The notes beneath the pieces were generated by a model. That model had not been told where the DNA came from. It saw only the letters and a program-made list of their open reading frames with translations, and searched no databases. Below are positions 20,774-30,247 of a DNA stretch of 64,000 nucleotides, piece after piece. Source of the DNA: Vicinamibacteria bacterium (GTDB lineage: Bacteria > Acidobacteriota > Vicinamibacteria > Marinacidobacterales > Marinacidobacteraceae); assembly GCA_963668695.2 (NCBI GenBank), contig CAXXLQ010000004.1, positions 3,392,001 to 3,456,000 of the forward strand. The letters are read 5' to 3'. Position numbers and translations under genes: made by a program. The stretch's first letter is position 1. Every line of letters starts with the position of its first letter.

Positions 20774-21619
20774 ATGAGTCCGTTGCGTTTGTGGGCGCTG
20801 TCGGACCTGCATATATCCCATCCGGCGAACCGGGAAGCGCTTGAGAGCTTTCCCGCGCATCCCGAAGACTGGCTCGTCCTGGCGGGGGACATCACGGATG
20901 GGGCCCGGCACCTCGACTGGCTGCTGGGGCACCTCACCCCAAAGTTTCGTCAGATCGTCTGGGCCCCCGGAAACCACGAGCTCTGGACTCTTCCGGACAC
21001 TGCCCCTCCACTGCGGGGCGTCGCTCTTTATGAGCGGCTCGTCGAGATAGCCCACGCGCACGGCGCGCTTACCCCCGAAGACCCCTACCCGATTGTCGAG
21101 CACCGCGACGGGAGGATCATGATCGCGCCGCTGTTCCTGCTCTACGACTACAGCTTTCGGCCGCGGCACGTTCCGCGCCATCAGGTCGTTCGCTGGGCCC
21201 ACGAGACCGGCGCCGTCTGCACGGACGAATACGTGCTGCATCCCGACCCCTTCCCGGATCGGGACTCCTGGTGCGCCGCGCGCTGCGAATCCACCTTCGC
21301 ACGGCTCGCCGCATGTCCGGCGGAAATCCCGAAAGTGCTGATCAATCACTTCCCCCTCGAAGAGGAACACGCCGTGCTCCCCCGCGTTCCCCGCTTTACC
21401 CCCTGGTGCGGAACACAGCGGACGCACGGTTGGCACCGGCGCTTCAACGCCTGCGCGGTGGTGTACGGGCACCTGCATATCCGGGGAATTCATTGGCTGG
21501 ACGGGGTGCCCTTTCAGGAGGTATCGCTCGGCTACCCAAACCAGTGGGACCGAGCGCGGGGGGTCGGCGCCTACCTGCGCGAGGTGACCCTGGCGTCTCG
21601 AAGTCCCGCTCCCCGATGA
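20774..21619 (+). CDS. Calcineurin-like metallophosphoesterase, PptH (Rv2795c)-like phosphopantetheinyl hydrolase
   Basis: LWALSDLH, WLVLAGD, WAPGNHELWT, PLFLLYDYSFRP, VLINHFPL, VYGHLH, VSLGYP; ATGA-coupled to a PPTase. Confidence 0.85.
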   Translation: MSPLRLWALSDLHISHPANREALESFPAHPEDWLVLAGDITDGARHLDWLLGHLTPKFRQIVWAPGNHELWTLPDTAPPLRGVALYERLVEIAHAHGALTPEDPYPIVEHRDGRIMIAPLFLLYDYSFRPRHVPRHQVVRWAHETGAVCTDEYVLHPDPFPDRDSWCAARCESTFARLAACPAEIPKVLINHFPLEEEHAVLPRVPRFTPWCGTQRTHGWHRRFNACAVVYGHLHIRGIHWLDGVPFQEVSLGYPNQWDRARGVGAYLREVTLASRSPAPR

Positions 21620-22353
21620 CAGTCCTGGACGATCCGTGGTGGAGCCCCTGGCGCGAGGCCGACGGCTCGCTCATCCTGCATGTGGACCTCCGGCCTGATC
21701 AGGGAAGGGAGGCGCGGGCTCTGGATCTGCTCGACGACGAAGAACGGCGGCGATGGGACCGATTCCTGGTGCAACGCGCCGGGCGCCAGTACTCTCTATG
21801 CCGGGCGGCCCTTCGGATCAATCTGTGCGAGCGGCTGGGGTGCCGGAACCGTGAACTCTCCTTCGGCTATCTCGAACACGGCAAGCCGTTCGCCAAAGTG
21901 AACGGGGCGCCCTCGCCCATCAGTTTCAATGTGAGCCACAGTGGCATGCACGGCCTGATCGCCTTCGCGGAGCACGATGATCTCGGAGTCGACCTGGAAG
22001 AACGCGCTCCCGGCAGGAATTTCGACGGCATCGCGAGCAGCGTTTACGGTCCGGCCGAACGGCGCGCCCTCTCAGCGGCCGCCGGACGCGAGAAGGCGGA
22101 TCTGTTCTACAGGCTGTGGAGCTTGAAGGAGGCTTTGATCAAGGCCCTCGGCACCGGGTTTTCTCTGAATCCGTCCCGCTTCGAGGTGCCCCGGCCGATG
22201 CTCGAGGGCGGGCGGTCCGGCGAGTTCCGCTTCCCGCACAGGCCGTCCGATTCCTTCTGGCTGGAGGACCTGGGAGAACCCCGGTTCGCAGCCGCGCGCG
22301 CCTACCGGTTGCCGGCGCCCGACGTTGTACCGAGCGGTTTCAGCGCGAGCTGA
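21616..22353 (+). CDS. Sfp-type 4'-phosphopantetheinyl transferase
   Basis: HGKP, FNVSHSG, LGVDLE, WSLKEALIKALGTG. Confidence 0.92.
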   Translation: MTVLDDPWWSPWREADGSLILHVDLRPDQGREARALDLLDDEERRRWDRFLVQRAGRQYSLCRAALRINLCERLGCRNRELSFGYLEHGKPFAKVNGAPSPISFNVSHSGMHGLIAFAEHDDLGVDLEERAPGRNFDGIASSVYGPAERRALSAAAGREKADLFYRLWSLKEALIKALGTGFSLNPSRFEVPRPMLEGGRSGEFRFPHRPSDSFWLEDLGEPRFAAARAYRLPAPDVVPSGFSAS

Positions 22354-23245
22354 AACCGGTCCGGCGGAGGAAATCCACCGTCAGCCTGGCGCATTCCTCC
22401 GGCTTCTCGAGTTGCGCGAGATGGGTGGTCCCGGGAAGGAACTCGTAGTCGACGGACTTCGAACGGCTCAGATCGCAAGCCGGAAGAAAGTAGTGTTTGA
22501 GAGACGGGTCCGCTCCGATCACCTTCACCGGCAACGGTAGGGAATCCGGGTCCACCATACGGGAGAAGCCAGATATCGACGCCAGGATCTTCGCTTCGTA
22601 CTCGGGCGGACACCGAAGCTCACAGCCGTCCGCCGCGGACCGGAGCGTCGTCCGGGCCATCAACCGGGGCACGTCGGGGAGGACACGGGCGAGTGCCGGC
22701 TGAGCGTTCATCAGGTCGATGAATTCCTGCTGGTTCCGGAACCGGGACGCACGGATCCGGGTTCGCGCTGCCGCCTGGTGACAGGCAAGTTCGAAAACTC
22801 GCTGTCCGACTCCAGCCTGGAACAAGGGCGGGTCGAAAAGAACCAGCGCCGCATACGAGGCGCCGAGGGAAGGTGCCAAGGCGGCTGCCAGACAGGAAAC
22901 GGAGTGGTAGATGCCGGCTCTCGGCCGGACTCCGAAGGCACGGTCTACTACCCGGCCGACGGCCTCCAGATCACAGCAGAAGGTCGGAAGGCTGTGCCGC
23001 GCCAGATCTCCCGACGGGTTCGCCCCATGATTCCGAAGGTCGAACACAATGACGTCAAACTCGTCCAGCAGAAGCGACCAGAACGGGTAGTAGAGGTCGA
23101 TAGCGAGCCCGTTGCCGTGGCTCATCAGCAGCCGGGCGCCATCGGGATTCCCGTATCGGCGGACCGGCACCGCAACGCCGCCCTCCAGCTTCGCTTCGGC
23201 GGTGGAAATCGCCCCGGGCGGGGCCAGCGAGGCGGGATCACGCAT
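22340..23245 (-). CDS. Alpha/beta hydrolase
   Basis: SHGNG, FDLRNHG, nucleophile elbow YHSVS, LFDPP, GTTHLAQLEKP. Confidence 0.85.
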   Translation of the reverse strand: MRDPASLAPPGAISTAEAKLEGGVAVPVRRYGNPDGARLLMSHGNGLAIDLYYPFWSLLLDEFDVIVFDLRNHGANPSGDLARHSLPTFCCDLEAVGRVVDRAFGVRPRAGIYHSVSCLAAALAPSLGASYAALVLFDPPLFQAGVGQRVFELACHQAAARTRIRASRFRNQQEFIDLMNAQPALARVLPDVPRLMARTTLRSAADGCELRCPPEYEAKILASISGFSRMVDPDSLPLPVKVIGADPSLKHYFLPACDLSRSKSVDYEFLPGTTHLAQLEKPEECARLTVDFLRRTGFSSR

Positions 23246-23341
23246 GAGGCTCTCGACTCTTGATCGGGGCCGCCGGCTGCGTGGTCGGAATTCCCGCCCC
23301 GGAGGCGGGGATTCCCGCGCCTCCGGAAGGGGGTCAGAGCG

Positions 23342-25426
23342 TCAGTTCCCCTTGTCCTCCGGCAAGGCCAGAGCCACGTAGGACTCCGGCACCCGGCCGC
23401 GCTGACCGGTCTGCACCACGATGTACTGCCGGCCATCGTGCTTGTAGGTCATCATCCCGTACATCCCGATCGCCGGAAGCTCGACGCTGCCGACCTTCTC
23501 GCCAGTCAGCTTGTTGTGGGCATTCAGGACTCGCGGACCCGACATGCCCTCGGTGGTGAGCAGAAGGTCACCGCTCACCATGAGGATCGAGCGCCCCTGC
23601 CCGCCGGCCTTGGAAAGATCCTTCCCCTGAAGCGCCGGATGGTTCTTGATCCGGTCGTTCGGCTCGCCGATCGGGATCCACCAGAGGTGTTCCCCGGTGT
23701 TCATGTCGATCGCGGTGACCCGGCTGTAGGGCGGCTTGTAGATGGGCAGCCCCTCCGGACCCGGTACCCCGATGGTCCGGAAGTTGACCCAGTCGGAGAC
23801 GGTCTCGCCGATAGTGGTGCACTTTCCGCTCGGGGAGGTGCAGTCGTGCACCGACTGATCGGCGTCCACCCCCGGCTGCACCACCCGCCCCGAGCACGAC
23901 GGCCCGGAGGACTGGTAGAGGATGCCGGTGGACGCATCGAGTGCCGCCGGATGGGTGATGTTCACTCCGGCGGTGCTGCCGCAGGCGACCCAGCCCTTGT
24001 TCTCCTCGAATCCCTTCGGGATCGGGGGCGTGTAGGGACCGCCGACCAGATACTCGGAAACGATCTCCATGGCCTGCTGCCGGAGTTCCGGGGTGTAGTC
24101 GATCAGGTTGTCCTCGCTGAGATCCAGCGGCTCGAGCGGCGCCGGCAGCGTCGGGACCGGCTGGGTGGGTGAAAGCTTCTCGCCCGGCACCATGGACTGC
24201 GGAACCTCCTGCTCCTCGATCGGCCACACCGGCTCGCCGGTCTCCCGGTTGAAAGCGAAGGTGTAACCCTGCTTGGTGGTCTGGATGGCCATGGGAACCT
24301 TCTCGCCGTTCACCGTCACGTCCGCCAGGATCGGGACGTTCGGGAGGTCGTAGTTCCAGATCGGATGGTGGGTGGTCTGGAAGTGCCAGACGCGCTCCCC
24401 GGTCTCGGTGTTCAGCGCGATGACGCTGGTGCCGAAGAGGTTGTTTCCGGGGCGGAAGCCGCCGTAGAAATCAATCGTGGGCGCGTTTGTCGGGATGTAG
24501 ACGATGTTGCGGTCGAGATCGGCCGACAAGGGGGCCCAGGAGGAGACGTCGCCCGTCCATTGCCAGGCATCGCTCTCCCAGGTGTCCATCCCGAAGGCGT
24601 CCTCGGACTGCGGGATGACGTGGAACTTCCACTTGAAGGCGCCGGTCTTCACGTCGTAGGCGAGGATGTCGCCGGGGATGTTCTCAATCCGGGTCTGGTG
24701 GTAGCCCTGCGCGTGCGAGTTCCCGATGACGATGGTGCCGTTCACCACGATGGGCGGCGAGGAACTCGTGATGTAGCCGATGGAAGGAGGAAGTCCCTCG
24801 GCGGGGTCGTAGTTGAGGCCGCGGTCGGCGATCAGGTCGGCGACCAGATCCACGACGCCCGTCTTCGGGAACCCCGGGATCGGAACCGGCTTCCCGAAGC
24901 CTTCGAGATGCTCGCCGGTCTGCCCGTCGAACGCGTGCAGGAAGAACCCGGGCGAGACCACGTAGATCACCAGCCGCCCGTCCATCTCCGCGTAAGCGAC
25001 CCCCTTCCCGTAACTCGAACGCATGGATTCCTGAAAGCGTCGCGTATCCGGCTCGCTGTAGGTCCACAGCGTCTCTCCCGTAGCCGGATCCATCGACACG
25101 ACGGTGCGCCGATAACCTACGACCGAGTAGAGCTTCCCGTTGATGTAGCTCGGGGTAGCCTTCGAGAGGTAGCTCGGCTTCGGCCCGTAGTTGTCGCCCC
25201 GCCACATCCAGGCGACTTCCAGGTCGCCGAAGTTGTCCGCATTGATGTCGTTAAGCGGCGAGGAGCGGGTTCCCCAGGCGTCTCCGCTCTGGTAGCGCCA
25301 TTCCCCTTCGGGCATGTCGCGGTTCTGCGCCACGAGGGGCGCCGCCAGCAGCAGCGCGACCGCCAGGATGCCGGCGATCTGCGCCGGGCTTTTCCAAGGC
25401 GCAGAGAGATGGCTCATTCGGGTCAT
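23342..25426 (-). CDS. PQQ-binding beta-propeller protein (quinoprotein glucose dehydrogenase-like)
   Basis: ATG 25426 after a GGAGG RBS; signal peptide; SPLNDINADN, ITSSSPPIV, WHFQTTHHPIWNYD, TKQG, KPPYSRVTAIDMNTGE, YKHDGRQYIV. Confidence 0.88.
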   Translation of the reverse strand: MTRMSHLSAPWKSPAQIAGILAVALLLAAPLVAQNRDMPEGEWRYQSGDAWGTRSSPLNDINADNFGDLEVAWMWRGDNYGPKPSYLSKATPSYINGKLYSVVGYRRTVVSMDPATGETLWTYSEPDTRRFQESMRSSYGKGVAYAEMDGRLVIYVVSPGFFLHAFDGQTGEHLEGFGKPVPIPGFPKTGVVDLVADLIADRGLNYDPAEGLPPSIGYITSSSPPIVVNGTIVIGNSHAQGYHQTRIENIPGDILAYDVKTGAFKWKFHVIPQSEDAFGMDTWESDAWQWTGDVSSWAPLSADLDRNIVYIPTNAPTIDFYGGFRPGNNLFGTSVIALNTETGERVWHFQTTHHPIWNYDLPNVPILADVTVNGEKVPMAIQTTKQGYTFAFNRETGEPVWPIEEQEVPQSMVPGEKLSPTQPVPTLPAPLEPLDLSEDNLIDYTPELRQQAMEIVSEYLVGGPYTPPIPKGFEENKGWVACGSTAGVNITHPAALDASTGILYQSSGPSCSGRVVQPGVDADQSVHDCTSPSGKCTTIGETVSDWVNFRTIGVPGPEGLPIYKPPYSRVTAIDMNTGEHLWWIPIGEPNDRIKNHPALQGKDLSKAGGQGRSILMVSGDLLLTTEGMSGPRVLNAHNKLTGEKVGSVELPAIGMYGMMTYKHDGRQYIVVQTGQRGRVPESYVALALPEDKGN

Positions 25427-25628
25427 CTGGAACCTCCAGTGATTGGGGAAGCGGCTAATCGTAAGGCTTTCCACGGCCGGTTGGCATCGCCGAAGCGAGG
25501 CGAACATGCGGAACGGCGGCCTCTGGCCGGCACGGTCGCCTGCAAGGGACCAAATCAGCGCCAAGACCCCCGAAAACCACGGGTGTCCACCTGCTACGTC
25601 CGCGGATGTTGGAGCGTTCCATGGGCTA

Positions 25629-25846
25629 GCAGCCTGTGGTGAAACCCAGGCGGCGTTCGAGCGGCGATCCATCCCGGCTGAACCACTCCGCTTCGCTCCG
25701 TTCTGCGTTGCGTTTCGGTCGAAATACACCCGGGCCAGTTCTCCCGGTGGGGGCTCCTCCCTCACGCGCCTTGTCAGCCGGGCGCCTCGCCCCCACCGGG
25801 AGAACTGGCCGCTCTCGGCGCTCACCCGGATCCCACCACAGGCTGC
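25629..25846 (+). mobile_element. MITE family 1, copy A (218 bp; 18-mer at sites 2 and 4)
   Basis: Ends GCAGCCTGTGGTG...CACCACAGGCTGC, flanked by TA on both sides; supplies part of the TAG stop of the adjacent gene. Confidence 0.85.
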
Positions 25847-27915
25847 TAGCGCAGAACGTCCAGCAGATTCGAATGATCGTCCGTCCACAGATAGCGCTCG
25901 TGGGGTTCGGCGGCGTCCCCCGTCCACGGTTCCGCCCGTCCCAGCACGCTCGGATCGGTGATGAAGTCGGTGTTCAGGGTGAGCAGGACCCAGGTCGCGG
26001 TGTAGCGGAAACGTTCCGGTTCCGGGTCGCTGACCATCAACAGCGACAGGAAGTCGAGCTGGAGCGACTGAGCCCGGATCACGGGAGCGAGGTCCACGTG
26101 CCGGTTCGAAATGTGGACGGCAATCGTGCCGCCCGGGGCAAGGCGGCTCTGGTACAGCTCGAAAGCCTCGGCCGTCAGCAGATGGACCGGGATGGCGTCC
26201 CCGGCAAAGGCGTCGAGCACGATCACGTCGAACGCCGGTTCCCCCTCCTGCTGTTCCCTCAGCAGACTCAGTCGGCCGTCGCCGAGCACGACCTCGACAT
26301 CCACCGGCGTATCGGTGAGGAAGGTGAAGAAGTCGCGCGCCGCGCTCACCACCTGAGGGTCGATCTCGTAGAAGCGGAACAGGTCGCCCCTTCGCCCATG
26401 AACGAGTATCGACCCGGTTCCCAATCCGACCACCGCCACCCGGAGGGGCTGGACCAGCCGCCGCTTCGGGTGCCGGTTCAGCACCGCCTCGATGCCGGTG
26501 CCCTCGTAGTAGTAGAGGGTGGGCTCCATGCGGCGTCCGGGAGCGAACCACTGGGAACCGTGCGCGATCCCGCCGTGCCACATGTCGCGGCGCCACTCCG
26601 GGGTGCCCGGGTAAGCCTCCATCACCCGTACGACCCCGAAGAAGTTCCGCGTGGCGGAGAGCGGACGCCGGTGCTCGAGCGCGCTGATCGCGATGACGAT
26701 TCCGAGAGTTGCCGCCGGGACCAGCTTCCACCGCAGGGCCCGGGCTCTCTCGGCGGACGGCCTGCCGACAAGGAAGGCAACCCCCACCGCCAGGACGAGG
26801 GCGAGCGGATACTCCCAGACGTTCGGGAACAGCAACGGACTCCCGAGCGACGCCGCGAGCCCCCCGAGAGCTCCGCCCGCCGTCATCGAGAGATAAAAGC
26901 CCGTGAGGCGGGACGGAACGGGCTTCCTCCGCGCGATCTCCCCATGGACGATCCAGCAACCGATGAACAGGAAGGAGAGCGCCGCAGCAGCGTGTGCGAT
27001 CAAAGCGCTGTCGAGGCCGTAGGTGATGTCCTGGAACCACACGAAGAGGCACGCCGCCACCGAAACGAGTAACAACGGAGGGAGGACGCGGCGGGGGTAC
27101 GGGTTTCCCCCGCGGAACGCCAGGATGAAGGTGAGCAGATAGATGGCGAGTGGAGCGATCCAGAGGAACGGGACCGCCGCCACGTCCCGGGTCAGATGGG
27201 TAGTAACCGCCACCAGCGCCAGCGAGCCGACCGCGGCCAGCAGGAACACCGAAACGTGAAATCCCTGGGCTCCGCGAGGCTCGGGCCGCAAGGCGCCCAC
27301 CGGGGTCCGCGCCGAGAAGAAACCGGCGAGAGTCGTTACGAGGGCGAGCAGAAGGAATCCCCCCGACCACAACTCCGCCTGTCCGGCGAGTCCGACAAGC
27401 GGTTCGAGCAGCAGCGGGTAGCTGGCGAGACCGATGAGGGAGCCCGCGTTCGAGAGCGCGTAGAACCGGTACACGTCGGGCGCCGGCGCTTCGCCCGCTC
27501 CCGGACCGCCGGCGCGCGCCAGCCATACCGAGACCAGCGGAGTGGTTGCGGCGAGCGCGAAGAAGGCGGGCCCAAGGGTGACGAGGAGCGTGAGGAGGAT
27601 CCAGCCCGCCGGAGCCTCCCCGCCCGCGGGAGCCCAGTCGGGTCCGGGGATCGGCGGAAGACAGAACAGGGCGGCCAGACCCAGAACGAGTGCGTGGACC
27701 GCCACCTGAATCCGCGGAGGGAACCGGGTAGCCAGCAGATGCGCGTAGAGATATCCGCCCAGGAGGACTGCCTGGAAGAAGAAGAGCGCCACGGCCCAGA
27801 CCATGGGCGCCCCCCCGTACCAGGGAAGCAGGCTCCGCGCTGCCAGCGGCTGCACGACGAAAAGCAGCAGCGCGCCCAGGAAGACCGCGGCGCCGGAGAT
27901 CCAGATTCTGCTCAC
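25846..27915 (-). CDS. Fused membrane domain/spermidine synthase-like SAM-binding protein
   Basis: LLFVVQP, PWYGGAPMVW, YALSNAGS, RNFFGVVRV, VVGLGTG, YEIDP, GDGRLSL, LDAFAGDAIPVHLLT, WTDDHSNL. Confidence 0.88.
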   Translation of the reverse strand: MSRIWISGAAVFLGALLLFVVQPLAARSLLPWYGGAPMVWAVALFFFQAVLLGGYLYAHLLATRFPPRIQVAVHALVLGLAALFCLPPIPGPDWAPAGGEAPAGWILLTLLVTLGPAFFALAATTPLVSVWLARAGGPGAGEAPAPDVYRFYALSNAGSLIGLASYPLLLEPLVGLAGQAELWSGGFLLLALVTTLAGFFSARTPVGALRPEPRGAQGFHVSVFLLAAVGSLALVAVTTHLTRDVAAVPFLWIAPLAIYLLTFILAFRGGNPYPRRVLPPLLLVSVAACLFVWFQDITYGLDSALIAHAAAALSFLFIGCWIVHGEIARRKPVPSRLTGFYLSMTAGGALGGLAASLGSPLLFPNVWEYPLALVLAVGVAFLVGRPSAERARALRWKLVPAATLGIVIAISALEHRRPLSATRNFFGVVRVMEAYPGTPEWRRDMWHGGIAHGSQWFAPGRRMEPTLYYYEGTGIEAVLNRHPKRRLVQPLRVAVVGLGTGSILVHGRRGDLFRFYEIDPQVVSAARDFFTFLTDTPVDVEVVLGDGRLSLLREQQEGEPAFDVIVLDAFAGDAIPVHLLTAEAFELYQSRLAPGGTIAVHISNRHVDLAPVIRAQSLQLDFLSLLMVSDPEPERFRYTATWVLLTLNTDFITDPSVLGRAEPWTGDAAEPHERYLWTDDHSNLLDVLR

Positions 27916-27951
27916 GAGAGGCGGGGGGGCTTGTTACGATAAGCGGCCATC

Positions 27952-28542
27952 ATGAAGAAACGCCGACCGCATTCTCCGCAAGGTCCCTCCGGAACCGGAA
28001 AGGCAGCGGCTCCGCCGCCGGTTACCGGTCCGGCAACCGCCAAAAAGGGCTGGGGCGCCGCGCCGTACCTCGCGATCGGTTTGCTCGCAGTAGGCGCCGC
28101 GGTGTTCTTCGTCGCGGCCTTCGAGGACACCACCGTGGAGAGCGAACTGCAGCCGGCCTCGGACCTGTCCGCCGCCGCCTATGACCTGGGCGGTCAGGTC
28201 GCCAAGCCGTTTCCCTACTACGACTCGGTCGAGGAGGCGCGCCCCTTCCCGGTGACGCTTCCGCCCAACACCTATACCAACGAAACGCTGCAGACGACCT
28301 ACGCGATCGCCAAGGAGATTCCCGAAGTGCTGGTCCAGTTGCCGTGTCTTTGCGGTTGTCACGGCGCTTCGGAGAATCACGGAAGCCTGCTCGACTGCTA
28401 CGTGGACAACCACGCGGCCACTTGAAGCACCTGCCTCCAGGAGGTCCTCCTGGCCCAGCAGATGCACGAAGACGGAGCGAGTCCCGACGAAATCCGCGAA
28501 GCGATCTACGAGCACGAGTTCACAGACATCCCCCTGCGTTAG
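27952..28542 (+). CDS. PCYCGC/CYCXC-like membrane-anchored metal-binding protein, probable selenoprotein (UGA 28423-28425 = Sec), 196 aa
   Basis: PCLCGCH..HGSLLDCYVDNHAAT-U-STCLQEVL..GASPDEIREAI; TGA falls at the first Cys of the family CxxC; 38 further codons to TAG 28540-28542; hairpin just downstream. Confidence 0.8.
28431..28461 (+). promoter_or_regulatory. Putative bacterial SECIS element
   Basis: CTGC-CT-CCAGGAG-GTC-CTCCTGG-CCCA-GCAG: 7-bp upper stem with a G-initiated loop about 19 nt after the UGA. Confidence 0.65.
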
Positions 28543-28614
28543 CGCGCCGAACGGTTCCCTGACGGAACCGCACTCCCGGGCTTTGTCCGCAGGCTGTTCT
28601 AGGTCCGCAGGCTG

Positions 28615-29082
28615 CTAGCGCTCGCGCCAGAAGAGGGGATTCGGGCGGTAGCGCGGGAATGCCCAGGGGAGGTCCTCCATTACCGGCTCGGAGGATGCCT
28701 CCGCCGCCGCTTTGTTTCCCGCTGAACTCGGGGCCCGTGTTCCGTGGTTTTGTTCGAGGTAGTCGAGAACCTTTTCCTGGACTTCGGGCTCGAGCGGCGG
28801 CATTCCCATGCCGAGCATCAGGTCGAGAACCTGTTCCCACTGCTCCCGGTTGAGGTTCGCAGACCTGATGTAGCTGTCGTCATGACAAAAGAGACAGCTC
28901 TCTTCGATGAGCGCCAGGCCCTCATCCGTTGCCGCACGGTCCGCGGCCTGGTTGCCGGGTTCCGGGGAAGTGCCGGTCTCGCCGCCGAAAAGCGCAAACG
29001 CGCTGGGCGGTAGCAGAAGCAGGCCCGCAAGCAGCGAAGCCCGCGTCTCAGAGCGCGGTGACCGCAATCCTGTGCATCGCAT
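28615..29082 (-). CDS. Monoheme cytochrome c, SorB-like partner of the sulfite dehydrogenase
   Basis: Signal-like hydrophobic stretch, CLFCH, WEQVLDLM..GM, VLDYL; directly downstream of a SorA-like gene. Confidence 0.78.
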   Translation of the reverse strand: MRCTGLRSPRSETRASLLAGLLLLPPSAFALFGGETGTSPEPGNQAADRAATDEGLALIEESCLFCHDDSYIRSANLNREQWEQVLDLMLGMGMPPLEPEVQEKVLDYLEQNHGTRAPSSAGNKAAAEASSEPVMEDLPWAFPRYRPNPLFWRER

Positions 29083-30247
29083 TGTTCAAGTAGCCCCTCG
29101 GGTTCCAGCCGGGGACGACCATGGGTTGCTGACGTCCCCGGTGATCCGTGGCCCGCGCCCAGATCTCGTAGTGACCCGGGATGTCGAAGGCCACCGAGCC
29201 TTCGAAACGCTGCCACGCGAACGCGTTTTCTGGTTCCTCGAGCTGACACTCCAGCCAGGTCGCTCCAAAGTCGGCGCTTAGATGCATGGCGTTCACCGGG
29301 CCGTCGCCCGCCCATGCCCAGCCGCGTACCGCGAGCGGGCTCGCGGCGGAATGCCGCACCCCGGTTTCGGGACGGGTGATGATGGACTTGACCGGCATCG
29401 GGCCGATGATCTCCATGTCCTCCTCGGGGACCTCGGTCCCCGGGGCCACCGGATAGCGGGGCACGCGGTAGGAAAACCCCGTCATCTTGGGTCCGTCGTG
29501 CACCTGATCGCGGACCCAGAGTCGCCGCAGCCACTTGCCGCTCGCCGAGGCGGGGAAGCCCGGAGCGACCACGCGGAGCGGGAATCCGTGGTGGGGCGGC
29601 AGCGGTTCGCCGTTCATTTCCCAAGCCAGCAGGGTGGAGTCGTCCATCGCCTTGGATACCGGGACCCCCCGCGAAATCGGAATCTCGTCGGGATTTCCGC
29701 TCAGGTGGGGATCCTCCCCGTAGTAGGCGACGTAGACGGCGGTGTCGAGCACCCCGGCAGCGCCCAGCACATCGCGCAGACGCACCCCGGTATAGCGCGC
29801 ACAACCCACGGCGCCGAGCCACCATTGGTTTCCGGACGCTCCCGGCTGAAAGGCCGCCCTCCCGTTGCCCGCGCACTCGAGGACGAGAGCCCGGGTTACG
29901 TTTTCGAATCTCGATCGCAGGTCGGCGAGCGAGAATTCCAACGCGTTTCCGACCTCGCCATCGATCCGGAGCGACCAACCCTCCAGGCTTCCGGAGAGCG
30001 CCCGCTCCGGCAGGCTTCCGTTGTTTCGTACGAAGTGTTTGTCGTTGGGCGTGTGACGCGGATCGAGGTCGGCGACCAGGGTCTCGGCGTTCACCGGCCG
30101 CTCGCTCAGAATCCGGAGGCCGCGCTTCCCGAAGACCGTGCCACCGGTCTGGGCGGCAACGCCCTCCAGGGCCAGGGCGCTCGCGCCGGCAGCCACCGGG
30201 ACCGACCCGAGGAACCGCCGTCTCGACAGGAGATGGACAGGTTTCAT
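29048..30247 (-). CDS. Tat-exported sulfite oxidase family molybdoprotein (SorA-like)
   Basis: SRRRFL Tat motif; HFVRNNG, LECAGNGR (Moco Cys), MNGEPLPPHHGFPLRVVAPG, WNPRGYLNN. Confidence 0.92.
   Translation of the reverse strand: MKPVHLLSRRRFLGSVPVAAGASALALEGVAAQTGGTVFGKRGLRILSERPVNAETLVADLDPRHTPNDKHFVRNNGSLPERALSGSLEGWSLRIDGEVGNALEFSLADLRSRFENVTRALVLECAGNGRAAFQPGASGNQWWLGAVGCARYTGVRLRDVLGAAGVLDTAVYVAYYGEDPHLSGNPDEIPISRGVPVSKAMDDSTLLAWEMNGEPLPPHHGFPLRVVAPGFPASASGKWLRRLWVRDQVHDGPKMTGFSYRVPRYPVAPGTEVPEEDMEIIGPMPVKSIITRPETGVRHSAASPLAVRGWAWAGDGPVNAMHLSADFGATWLECQLEEPENAFAWQRFEGSVAFDIPGHYEIWARATDHRGRQQPMVVPGWNPRGYLNNAMHRIAVTAL

Noticed and set aside
23342-27526. 1394-aa ORF read as one fusion protein
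   Set aside because: The N-terminal 700 aa are an off-frame overlap with the spermidine synthase-like gene and a MITE; the real start is 25426, with an RBS and signal peptide.
28586-28618. CCGCAGGCTGTTCTAG / CCGCAGGCTGCTAG short duplication resembling the MITE right end
   Set aside because: No left end or internal MITE sequence; at most a footprint, and it cannot be supported.
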